Below, piece after piece: positions 12,347-25,201 of a stretch of 64,000 nucleotides of DNA. The notes below the pieces were generated by a model that did no database searches, was not told the origin of the DNA, and saw nothing but the letters and a program-made list of their open reading frames with translations. Position 1 is the first letter of the stretch, and each line of letters begins with the position of its first letter. Position numbers and translations under genes: made by a program. The DNA is from Octopus sinensis (taxonomy: Eukaryota): positions 96,038,001 to 96,102,000 of the forward strand of contig NC_043004.1 of the NCBI RefSeq assembly GCF_006345805.1. The letters run 5' to 3'.

Positions 12347-13497
12347 ATGATATATCATGTTGCTTACAAAAACGTTTATATACTGATGTAATTCCTGCCA
12401 TCTGTCTATCTGTCTGTCTCATGTTCTCTCTCTTTTACTATTCTCCATTGCCAAAAATACCTTTATAGTTTAGTCAAATTGGTACCTTTCATTTGGGTGA
12501 AAACTGTATAAATAGGTAGATATTACAAAAAGTTTGAAGAAACCGTGACAATAATAATCTTAATTTATGTGTACAGTTTTATGCAGCAGGAGAGGATCTC
12601 TCAAAGCTAATAATGTAGTATTCAGTGTTCTAACAATACATATAAAGTTCGATATAATGATTACTGTTTGTTATTAAAATGCAGCTTCAATTTCTTGTAA
12701 AAGATATATAAACATGTCTATATGCATGTGTGCAGAATATCGATACATTAGAAATGTCCTGCACAAATCTATTTGTAGCTCAGTACTTCTAAAACTTGCA
12801 CAGTTACTGGAAACTTAAGGTGCATCATTTGGGAAGACAGAAGGGTTTACACATAATCATCTGTCAATTCTCCTGTTAGAATTTTGGTCTTAGTAGAAGT
12901 TTTCCTCATCAGAAAAGCACCAAAGTCTGCCATATGGAAGTGGATTTTAAACTTATTACATAGCCATTTAGCTTGGCTTATCTATGTCTTTGCAGACATG
13001 AAGAGGCCAATTATCAGTATATATGACTTGTATCAGTTGTTCTCTTGCACCACAGTTCTGATAGTCAACTCTAATATCTGAAGTTCTCTGTAGATGGCCC
13101 TCATCGATTTTCTGTATCATCATTAATAAAGCTTTGCACCCATTTGTATCCAAATGCTTAGAAAGTTTTCCCCCTTTGATACAGTTGAAATATTGCAATT
13201 TCATCTGATTTTTGTGTACAAAATATGTGCAATATTTAAACATTTCTTAATCACAGTGTTCTACATATATAGAAGCAATAACTGCATGTCTTTCCATTTC
13301 TTGTGTTAGCATTCAAATTGCCATGAAGGATCTGAAGGAAATAAAAAAAATATTTTAATTAGTTTCAAGAGAGTAATATGCTGATAATTAAGTGTCTTCA
13401 AATACTCTTATGCATTGTATATTGTGTCTGTCTATGTACCTATACATCTATATAAGTGTGTGTTTGTATATATAAATATATATATATATATATACAT

Positions 13498-13907
13498 ATC
13501 ATCATCATCATCATCATCATCATCGTTTAACGTCCGTTCTCCATGCTAGCATGGGTTGGACGGTTCGACCGGGGATCTGGGAAGCCAGAAGGCTGCACCA
13601 GGCTCCAGTCTTATCTGGCAGTGTTTCTACAGCTGGATGCCCTTCCTAACGCCAACCACTCCGTGAGTGTAGTGGGTGCTTTTTACGTGCCACCTGCACA
13701 GGTGCCAGGCGAGGCTGGCAGTGGCCACGGTCGGATTGGTGTATTTTATGTGCCACCGGCACGGAAGCCAGACAAGGCGGTGCTGGCATCGGCCACGAGT
13801 CGGATGGTGCTTTTTACGTACCACCAGACCAGGGATCCTGGCTGGTTCAATTCGATTTCGATTTCGCTTGCCCCAACATGTCTTCGCAAGCAAGGGGGTT
13901 GGCATGG
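13498..13907 (-). mobile_element. Family B: RTE-LINE 3' fragment
   Basis: (CAT)n, CCATGCTAGCATGG, tandem GTGCC units; its 5' end resembles the last ORF2 codons. Confidence 0.8.
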
Positions 13908-13936
13908 GTATATATACACACACACACACATATATA

Positions 13937-13973
<37 letters not shown>

Positions 13974-14014
13974 ATATATATATGTATGTATATACACACA
14001 CACACACATATATA

Positions 14015-14059
<45 letters not shown>

Positions 14060-14107
14060 GTATGTATATATACACACACACATATATACTTATATATATA
14101 TATATAT

Positions 14108-14298
14108 TGGCACATAAAATCACCCACTACACTCTCGGAGTGGTTGGCGTTAGGAAGGGCATCCAGCTGTAGAAACACTGCCAGATCTGACTGGACTGGT
14201 GCAGCTTTCGGGCTCCCCAGACCCCAGTTGAACCGTCCAACCCATGCTAGCATGGAAAGCGGACGTTAATTGATGATGATGATGATGATGATGATGAT
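14108..14298 (+). mobile_element. Family B: RTE-LINE 3' UTR fragment, inverted relative to 13498-13907
   Basis: Reverse complement of ~13498-13690 at roughly 90 percent identity by eye. Confidence 0.8.
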
Positions 14299-15133
14299 AT
14301 ATATACACTTATATATTCACACACATATGTATTTATATATATACAATAATATCTCACTTTACGAGACACCAGGTTTACAAGTTTCATTTTATAAGTATAA
14401 AAGGTTAAACACCCATTTTGAGTGTGTGGCAACACTGGTTTTGATGTGTCTACTTAGTGATCGAATAAAATGACAGCATAAAATTTCATTATCATTATGG
14501 GAAATTATTGCTCAGCTTTACAAGTTTTCACTTTACAAACAGTCTCTGGGAACAATTTAACTTATATATTGAGGCATTATTGTATATGTATGTATCTGTC
14601 TATCTATCTACCTATCTATATATATCTGTGTATAATAACACATATACACGTAGGATTTTAAGATTTTTCATGGAAGGACGGATTTGGTTTGTAACTGAGA
14701 AACAAAAGCTACATAGCTGGAATTCTGATAATAATGAATTTAGAAAACCTTTGCATACTTTTGTTCTCAATTACTAATTGTATTTATAAAGTGTTTGTTA
14801 GTCAGTCTCTATATACTGGAAAATTCTTGAAAATCCTAGCATTTCCAGATTGTCAATAAACATTAACTAACATAGCTAAGTACCCTAATAATTCTTGGTA
14901 TAAATGTAAATTTATAATCAAAGTAGAGGTGCTGTAAGATTTGAAGCAATTTTCCAAATATATATTCTCTTTCAGGCTGATTCTGCAAATGTTCACATCT
15001 TGAAGTCAGCAAACCTCTATGATTATACATAAACTTTGTGACTATATATATATATATATATATATATAATAGAAATATTAAAATTACTAAGTCTCTCTAT
15101 AGGAGATTACGGCAGCATTACTGGAAATTAATA

Positions 15134-15391
15134 GTTATCACCATACTAATATGGCAGTCTTTTAGATATAAGACTAAAGCTGTCGCTGCATTGATAAAGG
15201 GCAAATACCCTGAAACATGTCTGCAGCTGTCTGACTGGCAGGATGAAGCGGCTGACCTCCCCTGTTCGAAGGTTTATAATGGGCGCAGGTTGTGTGTCAA
15301 ATAGCTAGCTTAAGGTGGTGGCCTCTTGGAGCTAATCAGCGACAGCTTTAGTCTTATATTTATAAGACTGCCATATTAGTATGGCGATAAC
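15134..15391. mobile_element. MITE with ~55-bp terminal inverted repeats and TA flanks
   Basis: 15132-15188 matches the reverse complement of 15337-15393 with 3 mismatches in 57 nt; TA on both sides. Confidence 0.85.
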
Positions 15392-15420
15392 TACTATATA
15401 TATATATATATATATACATA

Positions 15421-15660
15421 CATCATCATCATTGTTTAACGTCCGTTTTCCATGCTAGCATGGGTTGGACGGTTCGACTGGGGTCTGGGAAGCTGGGAAG
15501 CTGCACCAGGCTCCAGTCTGATCTGGCAGTGTTTCTACAGCTGGAATCCCTTCTTAACGCCAACCACTCTGTAAGTGTAATGGGTGCTTTCTACATGCCA
15601 GGAGAGGCTGGCAACGGCCACGATCGGTTGGTACTTTTTACATGCCATCGACACAGAATG
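15421..15660 (-). mobile_element. Family B: RTE-LINE 3' UTR fragment
   Basis: Same diagnostic motifs as the other B copies. Confidence 0.8.
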
Positions 15661-16508
15661 CATGCATCTATGAATGTAATATCTATCTATAAACACATCC
15701 ATATTATTTCCATATTATTCTATACTTTGATCTCATGCTCTTTGTCTTATTTCAGTTATATGTTGCTTCAACCCACTTTTCACAACACAACAACCACACT
15801 ATTTGTCTCCCACACACAAATAAAGATGTGCCTATTTACACACTTTACCCTCACAACACTTTCCCGTGCACCATACCTGCACATCCTCTTCTCCATAATG
15901 CTGCTGTTGTTTTTTTTCTTCCCAGTATGTCCTCCATTTGCCATCATCTATCATCAATTTCTGAATCCATCATTCCATATTTATTAAATTATCCCAGGAT
16001 ATTATTATATTTCTTTAATTAATATCAAGAAACTTATTAAGTTAGACAATTTTTTTTATTTATTATATTTTATTTATTTATTCATTTTCTCATTCTTTCT
16101 GGTATTATAATACTTTTTTTTCTTTTGATAAGAAATGATGAAATGTTGTTGCTTTTCTGAAAGTGTGCACATATTTATATATGTATGTGTGCGTGTGTGT
16201 ATATATATATATGTATATATATATATATGTATATATAATATGTATATATGTATATATATATGCATAAATATATATATGTGTATATATATACATGCATAAA
16301 TATATATATATATATATATATATGTAATATATATATATATGTATATATATATATGCATAAATATATATATGTATATATATATGCATAAATATATATGTAT
16401 ATATATATTTATATATATATGTATATATATATATATAATATATATATATATGTATATATATATTTATATATATATATGTATATATATGTGTGTATATATA
16501 TGTGCATA

Positions 16509-16576
<68 letters not shown>

Positions 16577-17003
16577 GGTATATATGTTATGCTTTTACAT
16601 ATGTTTACATTTTGCCTATATATATATGTATGTTGTGGGTGTCTAGTATAAAGACATACATATTTATATAGATGTATACATATGTATATATATGTATGTG
16701 TTTATCTCTTTCTCCACACACACACACCACACAAACACACACGTGCACATATATACATATATATTATATCTTATAGGGTTTTTCCTTCGAAAAAAATTTT
16801 CAGTGCCTTTTGTTGTTTATATTTAAATTTTCTGAATTTACTTTTTTTATTTCTTACTTCTATATTTGGATGATATTGAATTACTGCACGTGCATGTTGC
16901 ATGTGCATGCATATATAATTATATATGCATGTATTTGTTTGTTTGCCAGTCTATCTGTATATATATGTATGCATATGTATATCTATATGCATATACATCT
17001 GTG

Positions 17004-17090
<87 letters not shown>

Positions 17091-17436
17091 GTACACACAT
17101 ACACACACACATATATATGCATATATATATAGTTTCCGGAGCAGTCAAAAGATTTGTTGTGAAAAATATGCACATATAAATATCTATCTATCTTTCTCTC
17201 TCTCTCTCTCTCTCTCTCTGTATATATATATATATATATTTAGAATTATAAATTAGAGCATCTGAGAGATACCACCACGCTGAAGTAACAGTCAGAACCT
17301 GACCCTTAAGCCAGATACCCTAATTTATAATTTTAAATAATTATTACCTTTATAAGGTCTTTATTCTCATGCTGGGCCCCTTGATAAGATCGATATTTAA
17401 ATATTGATCTTATCCTTATTTATATATATATATTTG

Positions 17437-17501
<65 letters not shown>

Positions 17502-17810
17502 AGGCATGTATGTGTGTGTATATTTCTATGTTATATATATGTACACAGTTACAGCTATATAATTTGAAATTCCTATACTTATGTATGTATATGATTGAGC
17601 ATACTAAATATAATGATAGCATTATGTAATATATGTGTGTGAAAATAATACTCATTCATATATACACACTGTCTTTTATTTTGATTTGTTGACAGTCCCC
17701 ATACTTTTATCAAGTCTTTATGTCAGTCAATGTTCATTGTTGACATATTCATTAAAACACTTGACTTTAGCTTTGTATGTATATATATATATATATATAT
17801 ACATACATAC

Positions 17811-17992
17811 ATCATCATCATCATCATCGTTTAACGTCCGTTTTCCATGCTAGCATGGGTTGGATGGTTCGACCGGGGTCTGGGAAGCTGGGAAGCTGCA
17901 CCAGGCTCCAGTCTGATCTGGCAGTGTTTCTACAGCTAGAAGCCCTTCCTAACGCCAACCATTCCATAAGTGTAGTGGGTGCTTTTTACGTG
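17811..17992 (-). mobile_element. Family B: RTE-LINE 3' UTR fragment
   Basis: Same diagnostic motifs as the other B copies. Confidence 0.8.
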
Positions 17993-18113
17993 CGTGTGTG
18001 TGTGAGTGTGTGTGCATGTGTGTGTGTGTATTTGAGTCTGTGTGCATTTATAGGTGTATGCTTGTATGTTTGTATGTATACATATATATGTCTATATATA
18101 TAAATATAAACAT

Positions 18114-18169
<56 letters not shown>

Positions 18170-18196
18170 ATACAGATGCATATACATATATGTACA

Positions 18197-18950
18197 TACT
18201 AGCAATGTACACTGGCTTTGCCTGGGTGTTATGACCTACAACCACATTGTATTATTTGTTCCTTTCTTATAAACAGAATTGGCACATGAAGAGTATGAGG
18301 CAAATAATTCTTCTTTATAAGCATGTGTTTTGGTCATTTTCTGATGAACGGCTCTGCAGATTCTGTCTTCCAAATTCAGTCGCAAATCTGTGGTTAGCCT
18401 AGGTCTATAGTAGAAAATACTTTCCCAAGGCACCAAGCAGAGGGATTGAACATGGAATCAAGTGGTTGGGAAGCAGGCTTCTCAACCACACAGTTATTCT
18501 TGCATCTAATATGTATGTGTGTGTGTGTGTGTGTGTGTGTTTTGTTAAATCAAGTATTGTGTCCCACTATGTCTCAAAGTTAGCAGTTCACCAAGCAGAG
18601 ATCTATAAAATAAATACCTGATTGAAATACATACTGAGGTTAGTATGATCGATTAAATTTTTGAAGGTGATACCCCATCATGGCAACAGTCGAAAGACTA
18701 AACCCAGTAAAATAATGTTTAAAGACTTAGTAACTTCAAATTTAAGGTAAGGGACTCCTAACCACAAGAGAACATGTTCAATACTTCGTATTTGAACTTC
18801 CACTGTATATGATAACACTATATGTACATCTCAATCTACTTCACTTCCAACAATTAACAATTGTAATTTGAAGGATGTCCAGTTTTCTTAAAACACTATT
18901 GTGCAAAATATTCCAAGAAAAAGGATATTTTTGCCACAACAAAAGACACA
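18197..18950 (+). repeat. Local segmental duplication, copy 1 (copy 2 at 45456-46190)
   Basis: Colinear, same orientation, about 80 percent identity by eye, including non-transposon sequence. Confidence 0.9.
18277..18320 (+). CDS. Putative phase-1 terminal coding exon, (E)LAHEEYEANNSSL*; host gene unidentified
   Basis: Polypyrimidine tract plus CAG acceptor; frame and stop conserved in the duplicate at 45536; 4 synonymous changes; first indel falls just after the stop. Confidence 0.5.
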
Positions 18951-19028
18951 CACACACACACATTATATATATATTTTGTCTGGCATGTAAATGTTTCTGC
19001 CATCTCGCCACCTTAAATGTATGCTATA

Positions 19029-19442
19029 TACTCTTTTACTCTTTTATTTGTTTCAGTCATTTGACTGCGGCCATGCTGGAGCACCGCCTTTTTAATCGAG
19101 CAACTCGACCCTGGGACTTATTCTTTTGTAAGCCCAGTACTTATTCTATCGGTCTCTTTTGCTGAACCGCTAAGTAACGGGGGACATAAACACACCAGCA
19201 TCGGTTGTCAAGCAATGCTAGGGGGACAAACACAGACACACAAACACACACACGCATATATATATATATACATATAAACGACGGGCTTATTTCAGTTTCT
19301 GTCTACCAATTCCACTTACAAGGCTTTGGTCGACCCGAGGCTATAGTAGAAGACACTTGCCCGAGGTGCCATGCAGTGGGACTGAACCCAGAACCATGTG
19401 GTTGGTAAACAAGCTACTTACCACACAGCCACTACTGCACCT
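19029..19442 (-). mobile_element. Family A composite SINE
   Basis: Reverse complement of the 11950 element. Confidence 0.85.
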
Positions 19443-19986
19443 ATTCAAATTTTGAATACGGCATCAGCAAGCAGTCTATAGATGGTCACTGAAATAGCCA
19501 GAAATAACAACTAAATAGCTTTCAAAGCATATCATATTATCAAAAGTGCACATAAGAACCATATCATATCAAACCATATCATATTATCAAAAGTGCACAG
19601 AAGAAAATGTTGTTTGAAGTAGACTGTGCTTCAAATGAAAAGATGTCATAATTATGGCTTCAATGCATTTAATTATCATTCTGCTGTATCAGCACTGACT
19701 TGGAGCTAAAATAACGACATCAACTACAATAATCTGTATATCTATGTATGCAGAGAAAATGCTTTCAATTTCTCCTTTCTCCGCTTGTGTGTAGGTATTA
19801 GTATGTCTGATATGATGTGTGTATTGAATGTGCAGTGTTTAGTGAAAAGCTGATCAGCTTGATGAGCAGTACGTTAATGTACTTTTGAACATAACATGAT
19901 TCAAAACATGCTGTATGATTGCAAATGAATGAATGTGTTTTTGTATGCCCCTATTATATATATATATATGTGTGTGTGTATATATA

Positions 19987-20200
19987 TCTATCTATATATA
20001 TATATAAAACTGAGAATGTGTGTCTGTCTGTCTGTCTGTTTCACTAAAACTTGAAAACTACACAACCAATTTCATTCAAATTTTACACATGCCTTACTTA
20101 GGGTCCATGTAGTTTCATGGGCAAAAAAATGTTCAACTTCTTGCCTAGGGCGAGCCCATAGCAATATCAATCTTCTCCACTATTTCAGTATTATGTGTTA
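19987..20200 (+). mobile_element. Helitron-like non-autonomous 5' end
   Basis: TCTATCTATATATAAAA...GTGTGTCTGTCTGTCTG...CAACCAATTTCATTCAAATTTTACACA resembles invertebrate Helitron 5' termini; no convincing 3' hairpin plus CTAG|T end found. Confidence 0.45.
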
Positions 20201-20886
20201 AAAGTGAAACAAAACATTTCTCTATTTTATGTCAGATACTTTTACTTTAACAATAAAAATTCAATAAAAATTAGAGATAATAATAACAATTGAATTATAT
20301 GTAGTAAGTAATAGTTAAAATCAAACTAAATTAAATCGTAACATAACAATTAAAAGTAAAAATAGCAATTGGTATAAAATTGCATCAATGACTTGAACTT
20401 GAATAAATGGTTTCACATGAATGGGAATAAATTAAAAGTAAAATTAGTGTGCAGAAATAGAATAGTCCAAATGAAGCTGTGCACATACCCTTTACCACGG
20501 TTTTTACATTAGATTATCTGCTAATTAGCTAGCATGAAGTATCTATATGAATTTTTGCTGTATGTAATGTCTGTTTTCTTGAACAGCCGCTTCTACTGAG
20601 TACTGCTGTTGGTTTATTTCTTATACATAAAGGACTTTAGCTTCAACTGCATACTGCTTTTTGATTCACCGTGAGGTTTGCTGTTATGATTATTACTATT
20701 GTTATCATGTTTGTTGGTTCCTTATAAGGGAAGTGTTGTTGTGTTGTGTTGTGTTAAATAATTGTAAACCGTAACCCTCCTCCTTTGGGAGAAGGATCTT
20801 TGGTTATTGTTTAAAAATTGAATTGTGTCCCTGTTTGGGGAAATTGACAATATTTTCACCGTTTATATGGAAGCATTTTTGTTAAA

Positions 20887-21420
20887 ATGCCTTTGATAGA
20901 GGAAAGTCCAAAAATGAATTTTGCTGCAGCCGTCGGCGGGCGCGAACTCATTAAAATTAAAATGGAAGAAATACAAACCTATTTTGGATTGATCACCGAC
21001 AAAGGTGAATCTAGGATAACACCACCAAATGATATAAAAAATTAAATTAAAGAAAAGACTATTGTCTATAAAGTATACAATGTAGAGAAAAAAAAGATTT
21101 GAACACCTGGAGGAAAGCACCATCAAAAAGTGTATTGGTGCAACTATGAAAGATATCAAGTATCTAACCACAGGCGGTAAATTCGCCACAATAGAAGCAA
21201 GGTTTGAGTCAACGGAGCGTGCAAGGGAGTACTCGACTCGAACCTTGCAAAGTGGAAATATTTTATTTTTACCTTTATATCTGGGACGTAGGATGTCCCG
21301 GATAAAAATTAAAAATGAAGTAGAGGTAGAGGTAGGCTGTATTGTAGCCACACTTCTATACAAGAGGGAGGACAAGATACAATTGATCGAAATTGCAAGA
21401 GACAGGCCTACAATTCCAGT
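20887..21420 (+). pseudogene. Disrupted non-LTR retrotransposon ORF1-like 5' fragment (L1/Tx1-like)
   Basis: MPLIEESPKMNFAAAVGGRELIKI...(stop, frameshift)...MKDIKYLTTGGKFATIEARFESTERAREYSTRTLQSGNILFLPLYLGRRMSRIKIKN; AAAV motif and RRM-like pattern; higher GC than the flanks. Confidence 0.5.
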
Positions 21421-21557
21421 CTGTTATATATTTTTAGTATTGTTATTACTAGCGATATCAAGATATAACTTTGTATTTTGTATTTTATGTGTAAATGTAT
21501 ATATATATATAGATGTACATGTAATATGTACACATATATATACACATATATACATGC

Positions 21558-21577
21558 AGTAGCCCATCGTGTATATG

Positions 21578-21626
<49 letters not shown>

Positions 21627-21700
21627 TTGTGTGTCTGTGTTTGTCACCCTAACATCGCCTGACAACCGATGCTGGTGTGTTTACATTCCCGTAACTTAGC
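21558..21700 (+). mobile_element. Family A SINE, partial (microsatellite plus start of tail)
   Basis: GTCTGTGTTTGTCACCCTAACATCGCCTGACAACCGATGCTGGTGTG. Confidence 0.75.
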
Positions 21701-22164
21701 CTTGCAAGAACTTTTAAACAGAAGCACTTATCTTTTAGTCCTGCACAGTATGAATGGTCTGAATTCAGTAACATTAGAAAAAGATCTCATTAAATTATTC
21801 ATTTACATGTGTTTACAAATTGAAGTTGATAGCAATCTTAATATAGTTAACTTGGGGTATCTACCTTCAATTTACATATGAATAAATGATGCCCTTATCG
21901 TGAATCTAATGCAAGCTTATTTTGTGAAAATATGAAATCCAATTACTCACCCAAAATTCTACAAAACGTATGTCTTATAAATAAATGTATATCCTGATTA
22001 TCCTCAGATAAGGCTATATATTAGTGCTTCTCACTATTGTAATGAGGTCCTTTGCAATGGTTGCTTTTCTAATAAAATGCAACACACAATACACTCTAAT
22101 ATTACTAAGCATAAAAATAGACAGAAATCTAGCATTTAGTTTTAGTGTATCAACTTAAATATTG

Positions 22165-22600
22165 TTCAAGATTTTCTGTGTGGTAAGAAGTTTACTTCTC
22201 AACCATATGGTTCCTGGTTCAGTCCTACTGCATAGTACCTTGGCTAAGTGTCTTCTACTGTAGCCACAGGCTGACCAAAGCCTTGTGAGTGGATTTGGTA
22301 GATGGAAGCTGAAAGAAGCCTGCCTTGTATACATACATATATATATGTATATATATATATATACACATATATATCTCGATGTGTGTGTGTGTGTGTCTGT
22401 CTTTTCCCCCACCACCTTGTGACAACTAGTGTCTGTATGTTTATGCCCCCATAACTTAGCAGTTTGGCAAAAGAGACCAAGAGAATAAGTACTAGGCTTA
22501 AAAGAAAAATATACATACTGGGGTTGATTAGTGGGACTAAAAATTGTTCATAGTCATGCCCCAGCATGGCCACAATCTAATGACTGAAACAAGTACAAGA
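22165..22600 (+). mobile_element. Family A composite SINE, diverged
   Basis: Head, microsatellite and tail are all recognisable. Confidence 0.8.
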
Positions 22601-23419
22601 AATCATAGATACACGATAAAGTAAGTTCCTCCTTCTGCAAAGATTTTTCAGCAACAATAATGTAGTCTTTTTTTTTTACTATAATTGCACAACTTAATTT
22701 CCACTGAGCAATAATTATCTTTTAAAAGCTTCAATATATTGTGCAAAGGTGCAAGCAGTCTGTAACATTATGCCAAGGCTTTTATTGGATCAAGCAATAG
22801 TTTATCAACATATTTATTGATGTAGTCATTTCATCAATATATTCATTTATTCAATAAGCCAGGAAGAGATTTTCAACTACCATTTCCAAATATATTTGGT
22901 TTTTAAGAGAAATAAGTGCACTGCATTTAAATAAAATAGCCATTCCTTGAACATGTTCCCCATTTGTACCTGGAAACTTTCATACAAATGTGCACTGGAA
23001 ATTATGCTTAAATAAAAGGTTGTTAATTTTATGTGAAATCACTCATGGCTTTAGCAGTCTGAAATGTTAGGATTTTGTAGGCATGCTTCAAAATATTTAT
23101 TTCCCAAGTTTATTCTAAAAAATAGAGAAATTCAGGAATATTCTAAATATTTGATGCAAGGTGGATATTACCACCCCATTTTTGGATATTTATGTGGTTA
23201 AAAACATCTAAAAGTTTTAACTTATTTGCTCTAGACATTGGGTTTTTTTCAGACACATTCAATAATATGTTTCCAGTTTTGACATTGGATATATATATAT
23301 ACATATGTATCTATGTAAACACACGTGTGTGTGCGTGTGCTTTCACATATTCCATATGCATATATATTTCATTTTGCATAGACATAACACCTTTCCTTTA
23401 AATGGTAAACCTCTCTAAT

Positions 23420-23886
23420 TTTTAAATAACACATTTGTGCTGGTGTGCAGGTGACACGTAAAAAAACACGATTTTTTTCTTGGCCATTGCCAGTACTGCC
23501 TGATTGGTCCTCGTGCCAGTGGCACGTAAAAGCACCCACTATACTCTTGGAGTGGTTGGTGTTAGGAAGGGCATCCAGCTGTAGAAACACTGCCAGATCA
23601 AGATTGGAGCCTGGTGCAGCCATCTGGTTCGCCAGTCCTCAGTCAAATCTATTTCTTTACTACCCACAAGGGGCTAAATACAGAGGGGACAAATAAGGAC
23701 AGACAAACGGATTAAGTCGATTACATTAACCCCAGTGCGTAACTGGTACTTAATTTATCGAGCCCCGAAAGGATGAAAGGCTACGCATTTCGCCCGGCGT
23801 GCTAACATTTCTGCCAGCTCGCCGCCAAATCGTCCAACCCATGCTAGCATGGAAAGCGGACGCTAAACGATGATGATGATGATGAT
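23420..23886 (+). mobile_element. Family B fragment interrupted by a family C SINE
   Basis: B sequence stops at 23649 and resumes at 23826 with CAAATC duplicated. Confidence 0.8.
23650..23825 (-). mobile_element. Family C tRNA-derived SINE, internally deleted, nested in B
   Basis: Head GGCGGCGAGCTGGCAG and tail GTGGGTAGTAAAGAAATA; 6-bp TSD CAAATC. Confidence 0.8.
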
Positions 23887-24635
23887 GAGTTATATTGTCA
23901 ATCAATAAGATCTTTTATTCATGTTTATCAAAGCAAATGTTTATGATATTCATATTTTTTCACTGTTTGTTTATTATGGATCATTTTATATTCTATTTTT
24001 CTATAATTTTCTGAAGACCCTAAACAAGCAACTCAGAGTAATGATCTGCATAGTTTTAGTTTCCATTAAACAACATAACTCTACTTTCAGCATTGAGCAC
24101 TCTATGTTCTTCCTCTTGGACAGACTTGAATATAAATATTAATCTAGTAAAAGGATAATAGAAAAATGAAAAAATAGTTGAACATTGAGAAGGAAACACT
24201 GACTTTTACCACTAAAAGCATCTCTGCTCCATACAAAATATTACTTGAAATGTTTAATGAAAAAATTTGAAGGTTTTATAAGATTTTGTTTTTTCATGAT
24301 AGGTAAATCCAGAATTTAGGTTGTAAATAAATTTAGATATAGAACGAGGACAAAGAACTGGAACCATCTGAAACAGATTTTTCAATTTAGCAAAAAGCAT
24401 TAGATTCAGGAAAGAATAAAAATTTTCAATGCTTTTTACAGAAGAATTTAACATTATTACGAAATTCTAAGTAAATCCATATATAATCAATGTTAAAAAA
24501 ATCTTTATGGTCTAGACAGAAACATATAAAAAGGATTATCATGAAAAGCCATTACTAAAATTTGCAAAAATTCCGGAGCCAATGCATACAACTTCATCAT
24601 TCTAGAAGCTAAAGAAATCTCTACAACCCTTAATA

Positions 24636-25201
24636 TTGGGTTGTCCGGAAAGTTCGTGACGGTCTATAGTAGCTTACATTTCGATTTATTTTAGAACATG
24701 GTTGAGTCCATAAAATAAGATTTGACTACACCTCCATTTAGTGTACAGTTTAAGCTATCTTTTCGTGGAAGAAGGTTTATGCTCCTATAACCTGTGTTAA
24801 TTCTGTAACCCTTTAAAATGGAAGATAAAAAAGTTCATTTTCAGCACTTGATGCTTTGGGAACCAGACAAAAATTGCTGCAGCTCGGCCGAGATTTGTTA
24901 CCCCACCCTCCATATTCACCAGATATTCCTCCTTCGGATTTCCACTTATTCAGGTCTCTGCAGAATAGTCTTAATGGTAAAAATTTCAATTCCTTGGATG
25001 ATGTGAAAAGATACCTTGATGGATTCTTTGCCATGAAACCACCTCAATTCTGGGAAGAGGGTATTTTTAAATTAAAGGAAAGATGGAGACGCATTGTGCA
25101 ACAAAATTGTTCATATTTGGTTAATTAAAAATGTAATGGCAAGTATTTTTTTACCTTTATTTTTCCTTTAAAAATCGGCAGGAACTTTCCAGACAACCCT
25201 A
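24636..25201 (+). mobile_element. Internally deleted mariner transposon with TIRs and TA TSD
   Basis: TIRs TTGGGTTGTCCGGAAAGTTC / GAACTTTCCAGACAACCCTA; N-terminal MEDKKVHFQHLMLW joined to C-terminal HPPYSPDIPPSDFHLFRSLQN (YSPD motif). Confidence 0.95.

Noticed and set aside
12760-13243. Possible hAT transposase remnant on the minus strand (KFPVTVQVLEVL)
   Set aside because: Only a weak resemblance; the diagnostic ERxFS motif is not seen.
13543-14269. ~200-aa ORFs on both strands starting MLAWVG...
   Set aside because: Open frames within family B repeats plus a microsatellite; the same peptide recurs at other B copies.
18236-18330. Minus-strand reading of the duplicated exon (YKEELFASYSSCANSVYKKGTNNTMW with a GTAGGT donor)
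   Set aside because: A 1-nt indel between the copies breaks this frame and there is no pyrimidine-rich acceptor; the plus-strand reading fits better, but this one is not formally excluded.
20863-21375. 170-aa minus-strand ORF
   Set aside because: Antisense shadow of the ORF1-like fragment.
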